Below the pieces are notes generated by a model. The model saw only the letters and a list, made by a program, of their open reading frames with translations, searched no databases and was not told the DNA's origin. 64,000 bases of DNA from the human T2T-CHM13v2.0 reference genome, Homo sapiens. Where the stretch lies: assembly GCF_009914755.1 (NCBI RefSeq), contig NC_060937.1. One strand, given 5' to 3'. Of the stretch, positions 14,474 to 29,270 are shown piece by piece. Numbering within the stretch: position 1 is the stretch's first letter; each line of letters starts with the position of its first letter. Position numbers and translations under genes: made by a program.

Positions 14474-15020
14474 TGTTACAGGAAAGGGGTCCTAATCCAG
14501 ACCCTAAGAGAGGGTTCTTGGATACCATGCAAAAAAGAATTCAGGGTGAGTCCATAATTGAAAGCAAGTTTATTAGGAGAGTAAAAGAATACAAGAATGC
14601 CTACTCCATAGACAGAGCAGCCTTGAGGGCTGCTGGTTGCCCATCTTTATGGTTATTTCTCGATGATATGCTAAACAAGGGGTGGATTATTCATGCCTCC
14701 CCTTTTTAGACTATGTAGGGTAACTTCCTGACGTTGCCATAGCATTTGTAAACTGTCATGGCACTGGTGCGAGCGTAGCAGTGAGGACGACCAGAGGTCA
14801 CTCCCGTGGCCATCTTGGTTTTGGTGGGTTTTGGCTGGCTTCTTTATTGCAACCTGTTTTATCAGGAAGGTCTTTATGACCTGTATCCTGTGCCGACCTC
14901 CTATGACATCCTGTGACTTAGAATGCCTTAACCGTCTGGGAATACAGCCCAGTAGGTTTCAGCCTCATTTTACCCAGCCCCATTCAAGATGGAGTTGCTC
15001 TGGTTCCCATGCCTCTGACA
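14474..15020 (-). mobile_element. MER41A ERV1 solo LTR
   Basis: TGTTACAGGAAAGGGGTCC...GCCTCTGACA, about 547 bp, lacking the MER41B GAS segment. 4-bp TSD TAGT (14470-14473, 15021-15024). Confidence 0.92.
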
Positions 15021-15848
15021 TAGTTAGAACTCTGTGAGCTCCAGAAACCATGCCAAAGCAAAGCCCATGACTACCCTGTGTCCATCCCAAGATTTTCCTG
15101 CTGTCGGGGGCACAGCAGGGAGTCTCTCCCTGAGGCGGCCAGGAGTTCCTCAGTCAGAGGGAAAATACAACAGGAGAAGAATGGCTGTGCAGACGGCCTG
15201 CATAGATGATCTGGTACTAATATATCATTCAGAAAACACTTGCAATGTCCTTTATGATCCTCTCAGGATATTTTTATTACAATTACGGGCAACAGCCCAT
15301 GAAAGATACGCCACGGTTCTCAATTTACCCAAGCAACTACCATACTCTTTTCTTTACTTCTGCTCTTACATTTAAAAAAAAAAGTTTCAGGGCTTACATA
15401 TTACCTTTGCTAATTTTGAAAGAGAAGGAAAACCTGCAGAATCAAAAGCTCAAATAGCTCACTTTAAAAGCACTTGAGAACAAGAGAAAGTTTTATGTGA
15501 TTACATTAATAGCAGTGACAAATGCATGTAAAACACTTAACTGTGGTCTGTGATGCAAAGAAAACCCATTTAGGTGTCATTCATCTTTTTCACATTAGTA
15601 CAATGAGTACTCTCTGCTTTCTCTTCTCAGACAACACTTGAATTAGAATGCTGCATTTTCCAGAAGCAAGCCTTCTAACTTTTCTTTCTAGCACACCCTT
15701 CTATAGAAATGATTTAACCTCTAAAGCCCAAAAATATAAAACAAGATCTTTTTTTTTTTCATCTAATTCCATCTTCCTAAAATTTTTTTTTGGAAACACT
15801 TTGTCTTTGAAGGGACATAATTTCTATTTACTGATTGGCTAGCTCTCA

Positions 15849-16205
<357 letters not shown>

Positions 16206-16539
16206 CAAAAAGCACAATAAACTATACCTGCTGGTAAGGTATTTCCTAACTCAGAATCATGAAGAATAGAAAAGAAACAGGGAGATGATAAAGAAGAAAA
16301 CAGTGATGAGGTGTGGAGAAAAAGTGGAAGGGAGGGGGAAAGAGACGGGGAGGAGACAAGTGAGGAGGAAATGGAGGCATTAGAAGTGGCTGCTCTGAAC
16401 ATGCATCAACCTAGCTTCCCACAGCCGTGGATGCTGCACAGCATGAAAACTTCAAGAAACTTTCACAACTGTTCCCCTCCTCTCCTCCTAACTGCCATCT
16501 TCTCCCCACTCCCCAGTCAAGTTTTACACGTGAGAGAAA

Positions 16540-16795
16540 CTGTATGATGTGGTGGAAAAAAAAGTTTTATGGAGAGTCAGATGACCCGCCTCTAACTAAC
16601 CGTGACCTTGCCAGGTCATTCGGCTCCTCCAATCTTCTATTTCCACACTAGAAATAGCAGGGAGTTGGGCCTGAAGATCCCATAGTCCCTTTCATCTCTG
16701 ACTTACCTGAAAACTCAGACCTGGAGAAGTTACTTGTGCAAAGCCACATAGCTAGTTAGGGGCAGGGCTAGGCTGGATCTAGGGTCTCCTGGGGA
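16540..16795. mobile_element. Two MIR fragments (+ 16540-16705, - 16705-16795)
   Basis: CTAACCGTGACCTTGCCAGGTCA and GTTACTTGTGCAAAGCCACATAGCTAGT. Confidence 0.6.
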
Positions 16796-17964
16796 ATCAT
16801 AAGGTTTTTATAGCTTCCTTTAGGTGGAGTGGATTGTGCAGAAATTTATTCCGTGGACTAATACAGGCACCCGTCTTATTGAACCACCCTGTGTTCCCCC
16901 AAACCTCTTTACAATTTTGGTTTTTGTTTTTACATTTTTCCTGGAAGGTCAAGTCAGCCTGTACAAGAAACCCAGCAGTAGTGGCTGTCTCCTGTTCACT
17001 GTGAAAGTGAAAGCTTGGAGAAGAGCAGCCTGTTTACTAATGAGAGCAGTGAGGTCGTACCTCACTAGAGAGGAAAGAGGATGTCAGGCAGGTAAGGGCT
17101 TCAGAGGGTCTGGGTGAAGAATCAGTGCCAGTCTCCTCACTCCAACCTCATCCCTTCTCCCGCAGATGCACACAGGGACTGGGTGGACAGGAGGTCCAGT
17201 GTTGTCAGTCCCTCCTGTCTGCCCTTCAAATAAACATTTCAAGGCTCCCAAAGGGATTTCTTGCAAACTTGAGTTTCTGATGTGGAAGGAAATGTTTCCA
17301 GATATTTTTTAAAAATCACAACAAGCTCCAGCATCATACAAAGGAAAAGAAAATACTTAGGTTTAAAGCTTTGAAGGAATATTAAATAAGAGACAGAATT
17401 TTGGTTATGCCAGATATGAATGCCAGCACTATAGGAAAGAACCTCATAAAACATATCAAGCCCAGGAAAAAATAAAACAAGCAAAAATAGACTATCATTT
17501 GAACTATAGCAGGCCCATAAATTCAGCTCCAAAATTACAGCCAACACACATACCATATTGTACAACTGAGCCCGCAAAAGGGGAAATTAACAATAAACCA
17601 AAAAGTTTTTTAAAATAACATGTTGAAGTAAAGAAAAAATGCAAAGCTACAAAAGTCATAATAAGTAACTTTCTGGGAAAAAAAAAACGCCAATGAAGTA
17701 TCTTATTTTCCTTTTTAAAGATTCTGGATTTCAGAGAGCATCTGAGATAGTGGATGAGTCAATATGGGTGGGTAGGTTCAGCGTGTTTGACAAATAAGTT
17801 TTGCTCCTCACCAGGACATTTGGATGATACATAAATAGAAACCTTCTTTTCATCTTGAGAAGCATAAGGAAGTGCTTTCTCAGAGTGAATATTTTCCTCA
17901 AATCACTTGGAAAAGAGAAAGAACATTTATTTCCATGTTTCTCGTATCTAGCAAACTCTATTGA

Positions 17965-18385
<421 letters not shown>

Positions 18386-20914
18386 TAAAGAATGCTTTTT
18401 TGTTTGCTGGAAGGTTGAGTAGAATCCCCTCCAGTGCTAATGCCAGTGTGTGAAGTTGAGCACAGGCCACCAGCATCTGCCCCAGCCTCCCAGCAAGCCT
18501 CCCTGTCTGCAGGGGCTTTCCTGCAGGCCGATAGGCTATGGTGCCGCATGCTGGGACAACAAACTGAAGGTCACCGTTGGCATACCCTTGTGAAATCAAG
18601 GTGTTCTTTTTACTTGCTTGCACCTCTATCTCACACCTGCCAGGACCTGGGGAGAACAGAGAATCTTTCCTGCAACTTGCGCGAGAACCAGGCCCCACTC
18701 CAGCATTCACTGTGCCAGGCTGCTGTGTTTCTGGAATGCTGAGCTACATTCACATCCATTTCCATCCTCTCTAGAAAGCAGCAGCAGGGCAGCTCCCAGG
18801 CTGGGCTGCTATGCTGCCGCCTCCTGTTGCCAAGGCCCGAAGTTTGTGGCGTAAGAGGTGGGTTATGTTTTCGGAAGGTGATACTCTGCTCCCCTTTTGC
18901 TGCCTGCTTCTTACCTGTAGTGTTCGAAATTTAAAATTCAAATTTGCCGTTCACATCCGGTGTTATTAGACTTGTTTATTTCAATAGAGAGTGGGAGAGA
19001 TGACTATACATAGGCCCTACAGAGTGAAAGGAATCGTCTGAAGGAAACAGATCAGGTGCTTGTGTTTTTGGTTTATTCGTTCCTCGGCTGCAGTTCTCTT
19101 TGAGTTTCTCTTATTTAGTCTCTGACCCACAGTCAGAGCTAGAATACAGATCGCTATCCTTAGAAGGAAACTGAATAATTAAAGGTCATCCAATATACCG
19201 TCATTCTTTTATATAACCTCCAAGGGAAAGCCACTTAGGGCTAACAATGCCGTATGGTTCAGTTTTGTAAAAGTAGAATTATCATCGTAATCCTAGAATG
19301 TCATGCTTTCTACTCGGCATAGGCCTGATGCTCATTCTTAAATAGTTGCCGTTAAGTTCATTTGCCAGGGTATGTACTAGGGTGAACATTCTAAGGCATT
19401 CTATTCCTTCAAAGAGCTGATGTTTAAAAATCCCAACTGTTTGTACTTATCTTAATTGCCAAATATTTAATTGCCAAATATGTATTTAATTGTTATATAT
19501 GTATTTCCCCTTATAAAACATTCTGCCTTCAAAAAACTCAGATTTCTCTCTGTGTTTTCTTTTAGATCAAATCTCAAATATAAGAAGCAATAGCATTTCA
19601 TTGTTACTCATTTATCAAATGTAATTCCATGAATATGGTATGGAACATAGGAATTCACAGGATTCTGTGTGGCAGTCCTTTCTTGCCTGCCTGTGGAAAT
19701 ACTGGGAAAAGGCAGAGATATGCAAATGCATATTTCTCCTATTGGGGAATGTCTGGTTGAATCGAGTGGTAGCATTTCTCCACTTTTGGGCAGGGAGCAT
19801 GGGCTGAACAAGGGGAAAGCTGGGAATTTAAGCTGCCCTAACAAATATAGATACATTCACTCTGGCTTGGGCTATCCGAAGTAGAAATGCTTGATTTTAG
19901 ATTATCTAATGCTTTGTGTCTAAAGAGTTTCCCAACATTTTTCACATGATGTCACTCAGAAAATAAAAATATTTATACCACAAACTGGGGTCAACTTAAT
20001 AGCATTTGGAAGATAGTTGAGGATCTTCTGTGCTGCAAGTGGACTTGCTGAAGAGCTTGGCCCATCTCTGGTCTAACCTGGCTGTCCAAGGATGGGAAAC
20101 ATCCTTATCTTGCGGTGCACCAGTTGGAATCCAAACCCCAGTTTAGTAGCCCTGGAAAGTGGGATTGCAAAGCAGACAGGATTTGTCTTTTCTCCCCCAT
20201 CTTGATCAATTTCATTCAATGCATAAGTATTTAATAAAACTCTAAAGCATGCTGTCACTGGGCTCTTAATTGTCCTACATGAAATGATCAGAGCTCTTCA
20301 AGATATGAAACACAAATCTGCCAGTTTCATATCTGAGATTGTTATTATTGTTTTAAAAAACCTCAAAGAAAAAATGGATGATTCCTTATCTTTACCTTCA
20401 ATTACTTTGCCTGTATTCTGGCTATCTGCATATCTTGTCCAATCTTGCCACCATCTAGAAATCACTCCTTTCTTGGCCCCAGCTGAAACTTTTATTCTCT
20501 ATCAATTAAAAATAGTTCAGGTTAGGAGGTGTTTAACTCCATCGATTTAAAAAAGTTTGTGATCATAAGTCAATCTTTAATTATTTGAACACACAGTAAC
20601 ATAGCAGGCATTTTTGATTTCCTCACAAAATCCCTGGGACTTTCTCTCCTTAATTATGTCATTTTTCAAGGAGCTGATACAGGGAAGCCATTTTTTTCTA
20701 TGCCAAAGAATCCCATGAGCTACCCTCCTCTTCCTTCTTGGAATCCTTCCCTTTCTTCCCAAGTTCAGAGAGAAAAGAGCCACCAATTTGGAAGAGTGCA
20801 TACTAGCAAAGGTAGCTGAATTTTGGAAACTTAAATCTGAATTCGATGAGAAGTGCTTCTTTTATCTTGTACTCAATTGTCTTGAGAGATTTACTTTTGG
20901 TCTGTAAACATCAA

Positions 20915-21144
<230 letters not shown>

Positions 21145-21214
21145 TTACCTCCTGCTTCAGCTTGATTGATCTCAGCTTGATGCTTGATTGCCCACTGATA
21201 TCATAGTAGCCTAG

Positions 21215-21375
21215 AAGCAGTGTGGTGAGGGGAGCTGTACTACCTGACAGAAAAACCAGACTTAGAATCTGGAAGAAGAGTTTGAATCCCGATTTGGCCG
21301 CTTCCTAGATGGGTGATTTTGTTTTGATTACTGAAGCTCTGACTTATCTCTGCTTCTTCATTTGTAAAATAGGCA
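21215..21375 (+). mobile_element. MIR
   Basis: GCAGTGTGGTG...GAGTTTGAATCCCG...CTTCATTTGTAAAATAGG. Confidence 0.65.
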
Positions 21376-21384
21376 CTTTTTTGG

Positions 21385-21840
21385 TGTGAATGTTTATAGC
21401 AACTTCATTCTTAAAACCAGCAACAACCCAAATGTCCTTCCATTGATAAAAAGAGAAGCTTGAGTACATCCATACAAAGGACTACTACTCAGCAACAAAC
21501 ATGAAAGAACTACTGATATAATAACATAGGTGGATCTCAGTTGCATTATATGAAAGAAGCCAGACTCAAAACCTACATATTCTGCTGATTCCACTCAAAC
21601 GATATCCTGGGATAAGCAAAAGCGTAGGGTATCGAGAACATACTAGTGAGTCCCATGGATTGGAAGCATGGGGAGGGTTTGATACCAAAGGGACAATATG
21701 ATGGAATGTTTTGGGGTGATGGAATATTTATACATTCTGATTGTGATGGTTACACAACTGTGTGCAATTATAAAAGACCATAAAGCTACATGACAAAAGA
21801 AGTGAATTTTACTGTACGAAAATTTAAAAATATATTTGAA
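21385..21840 (+). mobile_element. L1ME/MB 3' UTR fragment
   Basis: GAATGTTTATAGCAACTTCATTC...CAACCCAAATGTCC...GAAGCCAGACTCAAAA...GTGAATTTTACTGTA. Confidence 0.8.
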
Positions 21841-21916
21841 AGCAATAAATCAATTGGAGTTTAAAATCATCTGTGTGTTGCTTCTTTTAAGGAAACTTTG
21901 TGTCAATTAGAATGTA

Positions 21917-22066
21917 CAGTCATCCCTTGGTATCCATGGGGAGTTGGTTTCAGGACCCTCCATGAATACTAAAATCCACAAATGCTCAAGTTTCTTAAAT
22001 AGTATTTGGTATATATGATAGTATATATACTAAAATACTATACTATTTAGTGTACTATATATATTT

Positions 22067-22100
<34 letters not shown>

Positions 22101-22278
22101 ATGTTATAGTATTTGCACATAACCTAAACATATCACCCTATATATTTTACATCATCTCTAGATTACTTGTAACACCTAATATAATGCTTACACATCATTT
22201 CATTCATGTCACTTCACACAGTACTTGGCATGTGACAAATTCAAGTTTTGCTTCTTGGAACTTTGTGGGACTTTTTAA
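21917..22278 (+). mobile_element. MER2 (TcMar-Tigger) with an internal AT-rich insertion and (TA)n
   Basis: TA|CAGTCATCCCTTGGTATCCATGGGG...TTTCAGGACCC, TAGTATTTGCACATAACCTA and CAAATTCAAGTTTTGCT. Confidence 0.85.
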
Positions 22279-22280
22279 AA

Positions 22281-22905
22281 ATCCCACTGCTTGATATTTA
22301 CTCAAAGGAATGGAAATTGGTATGTTGAGATAGTTGCACTCCCATGTTTATTGCAGTACTATTCACAATAGAATAGTTTATATGGAATCAATTTACATGT
22401 CCTACAGCAGGTGAATGGATAAATAAAATGTGTCACATATATACAATGGAATACTATTCAGCCATAAAAAGAAAAAAATGTCATTTGAGGCAATGTAGGT
22501 GAGCTTGGAGGACACACGTTAAGTGGAATACGTGAGGCACAGAAAGATAAGTACCACATGGTCTCACTTATATGTGGGAGCTAAAAAATTTGAGCTCATA
22601 GAAGGAGAGAGTAAAATTAAGGTTATTAGAAGCTGGGAAGAATAGGGGCATGGAGAGAATGGGGAAAAGTTGGTTAGCTGATACAAAATTACAGCTAGAT
22701 AGGAGGAATAAGCCTTAGTGTTCTATAGCACTATAGGGTGACTATAGTTAATAATATATTGAATATTTTCAAATAGCTAGAAGAGACAATTTCAAATGTT
22801 TTTAACACAAAGAAATGATAAACTTATGAGGCAATAGATATGCTAATTACTCTGATTTGATCATCACACATTGTATATGTGTTTTGAAATATTATTCTGT
22901 GCCTC
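22281..22905 (+). mobile_element. L1MA (MA4-6 type) 3' end
   Basis: ATCCCACTGCTTG...CACTCCCATGTTTATTGCAG...AAATTACAGCTAGATAGGAGGAATAAG...GATTTGATCATCACACATTG. Confidence 0.88.
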
Positions 22906-23333
22906 TAAATTAAATGGGCTAAATTAATCCTAGCTCAAAGAGGTTGACATGCAAATGAAATGAGATATGAAAGTGTCTGAGCACACAGAATTCCATCTAT
23001 AAGTGGTAGTCTGAAATTAAATGGATGATGCTATACTGTAGTTTATCTAAGGTATCTCTTAAGCCACCACTCTGCTATAGGGTTTTGGATTTTAATTAAG
23101 TGAATCAAGGGTAACTATTACTTTCCACCTCAGCCTTAGGGGTAGAAAAAGGATAAAGTAGGATTCACTTCTACATTTAGTCTTGCCCCAAATTTGTAAT
23201 ATCAAGCCAAGCTTCACTGGGGAGCCAGGAACTCAACCCCTACAGGGCTAATTCCACCACGCTGGAGACCTGCTGTCTCAGAAGCAAAGCCTGAGTCAAG
23301 ATGGATCTTGAGGATGTCTTTGTTCCTCTGTAT

Positions 23334-23513
23334 CAGGACCCAATCTCCATACCTGCTGCACATTAGAATTTCATATGAAACTTGAAAAATACTGATAGCA
23401 AGGCTGTAGCCCCAGAGATTTTGATTTAATGGTCTAGGTAAGGGCCTTGACAATAGCAATTTTTTTAACTGCCTCCAGTGATCTCAGTGTACAGCCAGAG
23501 CTGAAAACTACTG
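23334..23513. mobile_element. MER5B (hAT-Charlie)
   Basis: GCTGCACATTAGAAT...CCCCAGAGATTTTGATTTAAT...CAGCCAGAGCTGAAAACTACTG. Confidence 0.75.
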
Positions 23514-24206
23514 CTCTAGACATTGCAGATCTAGGTGACCTGGAGATGTTACAGGTCAAGGTTGTAGTTGGAGGCATCTGATGGCCTGATACTGAAGAAC
23601 CCTCCCTTTCTCAGATGCTTCAAGCATTGAGTCAAGAGCAAGAGAAAAGGGATTGGAATGATAATCTCACTTCCAAAAAGAAGAAAATAAGCAAAGTAAG
23701 CTTCACCCAGAGCAAATCCTGGGCAATGCTAAAGAGCCCTTTTCTTGCCTGCCTGTGGGTTCCAATTTTCCGAGTAGCACTTGAATAACAGAACACTGCA
23801 GATTTTTTACAACGTAATTCCAGAAGCCTCATTTAAGCTGATATCATTATGGACTTTTAAATCTCCTGCCTGCATTTAGTTCCTTGGTTTCTAAATTAAG
23901 AAGTACTTAGAATGTAATGAGTTACTTAGATTGCTTGTTCTCTAATGGTGGTTACGGAGCTGTGCTCTTAAACCACTGCACGCAGAGGATATTTTGATCA
24001 AGTCACAGCCAATTGTCTTAAAAAGCCAGAGTCAGAAAGAGCAATGTGAAAGCATTCAAATGATGGGAATAGAACAAAGATTTCTTAATTTCCAGTCCTC
24101 TTTATCAATTGAATCACATAATAAAACTCAGACAGGGCTACTTCTCTCTTTGAAATAGTGATATGTACATGTTTTTCCCCTTTCTCTTACAGATGAAGAT
24201 CTCTGA

Positions 24207-24566
<360 letters not shown>

Positions 24567-24947
24567 AAATCCAATTTCTACTTTCTTGTCTGTTCGCACC
24601 TCCAAATAAACTGAGGATCCTTCTGCTAGATGTCATGAGAATGGTCCCCACATTCCTTTCTAATGAGCAGAGCCTCAAACTGAGTAAATGGTAATGTTAA
24701 GCATCTTAACAGAGCAGAAGCAATATCTACCCCGTCATTGTTAAATAATTAGTAGCTACATTAAGAATTATATAAAAACTAAAATTTTATGGAAAAATAA
24801 TTATTTCTGACTTAGACATCTGCGCAAGCAGGGGATTCATTTAACCACCTGATCCCAAATCAAAGTCAAAGGACTTCACTGTCCTCATACTACTTCCCCA
24901 CCAAAAGATGTTAATATTTATCATCAGGGAGAAAATTGATAACTCAT

Positions 24948-25297
24948 TGATATGGTTTGGCTCTGTGTTCCCACCCAAATCTCATCTGAAATTGTAATCC
25001 CCACATGTCAAGGCAGGGAGGTGATTGGATCATGGGGGAAGTTTCCCCCATGCTGTTCTTATGACAATGAGTGGGTTCTCACAAAGTCTGATGGTTTCAT
25101 AAGTGACGGTTCCTCCTTCACACACTCTCTTTCCTGCCACCTTGCGAAGAAGGTGCCTGCTTCCCCTTCCGCCATGACTGTAAGTCTCCTGAGGCCTCCC
25201 CAGCCATGCGGAACTGTGAGTCAATTAAACCTCTTTCCTTTATAAATTACCCAGTCTTGGGTATTTCTTTATAGCAGTGTGAAAACAGACTAATACA
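24948..25297 (+). mobile_element. THE1D MaLR solo LTR
   Basis: TGATATGGTTTGGCTCTGTG...GTGTGAAAACAGACTAATACA. TSD CTCAT / CCCAT. Confidence 0.93.
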
Positions 25298-26181
25298 CCC
25301 ATGGTGGTCCGATATAAGCAGGATGAATTTGATTACCTTCAATTAATTTGGACAGGAAAGCATAAGGATAGTCGTGAAAATAACCTCCTACTAAATCAGA
25401 ATCTGTTTCGAATCCTACTGACAGGAGGGCTAAAGAAAAAATAAATTTTTAGCATCTAGCTTGCAGATGAAGCCTGTCGTAGGAGCCGCAGGTGATAGTC
25501 CCATAGAGGAGACTGCTTCAGAAAGTGAGCTCCCAAGATTAACGACTGGTTCACTTTGCATAGTGGATTCCTTCATTCCACGAATATTTATTGAGTGCTA
25601 GGCACTTCTTAGACACAGAACAATGAGTTTATTGGAGGTGTAATATCTCGTTAGGCAAGTATGGTGACTCTGGTAAGCGGATCAGCCAGATCTGCTTGGC
25701 CTTAGTGTATCCTGAATTTAAAATGACCTCTGCATCCTTGGTCCCATGGCAATCTTAAAATTTATTTGAAAATTTATTGGAAAAATTATCCATTTATTAC
25801 AAGTCTTTTAATTTTCTAACTGTAGTTACCAGTTACTTCAGGAATATTGTTTCTTCCTTTGATATTAACTCTCTTCTTAATTATATTTGCTACAGGCTTG
25901 TCAATATGTGTAGTGCCTATCAGTATAAAAACTAGCTGTTTATACAGATTATTGTTATGTATCGTAAAGCATCTATTATTCAGTGAAAAAGCAAGGTGTA
26001 CAACAATATGTATATTGTATTATTATTTGGGTAAACAGTATATTTATGGGAATGTGGGTGAATTGAGGGACTAAAGAAGGAAGTTCACTTTTATTCCCAC
26101 TTTCTTTGCCATTAACATTCTTTGTCACGATTAACTTTAGTAATAATTTTAAAATACCTGTTTTTTAATTAATTAGAGTGA

Positions 26182-26836
<655 letters not shown>

Positions 26837-27443
26837 TGAACTTGATTGTGCTTTTGATAACTGGCAGTGTGTCATCAGGGTGGATTGCCAGAACACTTAG
26901 GGGAAGTCACTTGATCAACTTGTCCTTGGCACAATGGCCATTCTGAAAATAGACGTACTGAAGTGAAATGAGTTATACTAAAAACTTTTTCCAAACGTTC
27001 AGTTAACTGGAGTGTTGTATGTTGTGTTTGAAAAACATTTTTTTAAATGTGGAATTGTTTTACCTTAAAGTGATAACTCCTGCCTGAATGAAAGTATTTA
27101 GTGTTGAGACATGTATATGATCAGTGAAAAAGCAAGGAGTGCCCTTCTGGACTGAAATCCCTTTTCCCCTTCCATTTGGGGATTTCTATGTGCTCAGGCA
27201 TAGGCCAAAGCAAGATAGATCCCTGTGTCTGGAAGAGAAAAGATGACCAGGGAACATGGAGACAAATTTGCTCACAAAAATATACCCCCCATGCAAAACT
27301 AGAAAAAACATTTTGTGGCAAATGTGACACAGATAGCATTATCCTTGTTCATTATACGATAAGCTTTTGCAGACTCACTCAGCACACACAAAGATAAATA
27401 GGCAAGGTCTATAAACCAACAATTCTCAAATGAGGAAATATGG

Positions 27444-28350
27444 TTCATTCATTCACTAATTTAATGCAATTTTTATTAAGTCCTTGATACAGGAGTATAG
27501 CACATTTGTCACGAGTTCCCTAACTGAGACTAATCAATGTTGGAAACCAGGAGGAGAGAGAGAAACCTCACCTACTACACATTAGGAGCCTCCACCATGA
27601 CTCCTAGTCTTGTGACTCCAAAGAACATTATTTGATAGAAGACAAATGGATTTGCTAGGAGCACTGGCAATACTTTCCCACCACACAGGAATAGCATGTG
27701 TTATGCTTGCTTGGTGTGTAGCCTTCAGACACCGCAAGACTCACTGTAACTACCAACAACATGCAACACCAAGTTATGCCTGGTACTATAGTTGAACCTC
27801 TGGGCCTCACTTCTGGTGTGCACCATTTCCATGAGCCTCACATTCCTGTTTATCCCCTTCTTACCTTCTGCCAGCTGGTTACTATTCAGTAATTTAGGAC
27901 ACAGAGTTTTATAATTTAGGACATAATTCAGGACTGGACCTGGCAAGTTATTGGATAGGGGCTAGGGGTGGGAAAAGGGGAATAGTGAATGACTCCTAGG
28001 TTTTCGGTGTGAGCACCTGGGGGATTGTAGTGCCCGTAACAAAAACAGGAAAACTAGAGGAGAAACAGTATGAGAAGGAGGGTTCAGTTCTGAACATGTT
28101 GAGTTTGAGTTATCTGTGAGATACCAAAGAAGGGATGTCCAGAAGGGTTTGGTTTCTACTCATCTGGTGTTTTTAGATGCAATCGACATAAAGATGGGAA
28201 TCAAGCCATTCATGGGTGTGGATGAGACTGTTTAAGACTTGTTTGTAGTATGAGATGATTTAGTGGGCCCAGGCGAGAGTCCCGCGTAACCCCAATTTTT
28301 TAGGAATGGGTCAAAGAGGAAGAGCTAATAAAATGGCTACAAAGGCAGAA
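27444..28350 (-). mobile_element. L2 (tail 27444-27500, body 27950-28350) interrupted by an LTR-like insert
   Basis: TCATTCATTCAC tail. GACTCCTAGGTTTT...GTTCAGTTCTGAACATGTTGAGTTTGAG. Confidence 0.7.
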
Positions 28351-28849
28351 GGAAAACTGGGACAGTGCCTTTGTATGAAGCTGATCCCTTTCCCTGGAGT
28401 AACCTCCCTCTCTCCTTTGCACGGTGAAATACAGCTAATCCTTCAGCATATCTCAAATGTCTCTTTGGTGCAGCAAACATTTTTGATTCACTCTCTACTT
28501 CCCCAAGAGCCATAAAAACCCCATTGCTCTCTTTTCTCTGCTTCTATAGGACTTCAAAAAAGGCAAAAATGAAACTGTGAATGTGGCTGCTGAAGACATC
28601 TCCCACCCCCAGCCCTATAATTTTCTGAGCTGATATATCGCAAGGACATGGCAGGTGATTCTAATTTATTTCTGTTTCCTAGCACCAAGAAGCACATACA
28701 AAACGGTCAGTAAGTGTTGAGTTAGTATTGCTTGCCTGACTTTGAAAACTTTGTTCCTCACTCTGACAAAGATTTAGGCCTAGTAGGACACATTATTCAG
28801 AAAAGGCTTTAAAATGGAATCATTTCTTGTACAACATTGCAAGTTAATT

Positions 28850-29270
28850 AGTTTATTATTCATGCCACACCTACTTCCAAAAAGAATTTGAGATAGCTTG
28901 CAATGAGTCACAAGAATAATTACATCTTTAAAAACATAATGAAAGCATCATGCCATGGAAAAAGGTGATAACATTATCTGATAAGGGAAGCCAAAGAAAG
29001 TTGCTGCAATTGAGATTACAATATAGTCTTATACTTCTTAGCAGAGAAGTTGATATGTTCTTTTTGAATAGCTCATGTACTTTTGAGGGACTTTGTGTAG
29101 GTGGAGAACAATGCATAGGCATATTACCTAGACTAGCTAAAATTCTGCTGGGCTTAATTACAATCCTCAAACTCTTTATTTGCCATGTTGTGTATAATTT
29201 ACTTAAAAGTGGCCTGTGAATTAAAACAACAAAAAAACAATTCTCTCACTTGCAAGACAAACTAAACAGA
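28850..29270. mobile_element. Probable ancient mammalian repeat (MamRep605-like)
   Basis: TTTATT...CACCTACTTCCAAAAAGAATTTGAGATAGCTTGCAA resembles the remembered terminus of this family. Confidence 0.3.

Noticed and set aside
13407-15020. Possible provirus bounded by the two MER41 LTRs
   Set aside because: The LTRs differ in subfamily, the right one has its own TSD, and the interval is L1/MIR rather than ERV internal sequence.
19452-19505. Short tandem duplications (TTAATTGCCAAATAT x2; also TTAAGCACAGAGG x2 at 36384-36410 and GCTTGAT repeats at 21160-21190)
   Set aside because: Ordinary slippage duplications. There are no unique spacers, so they are not CRISPR-like.
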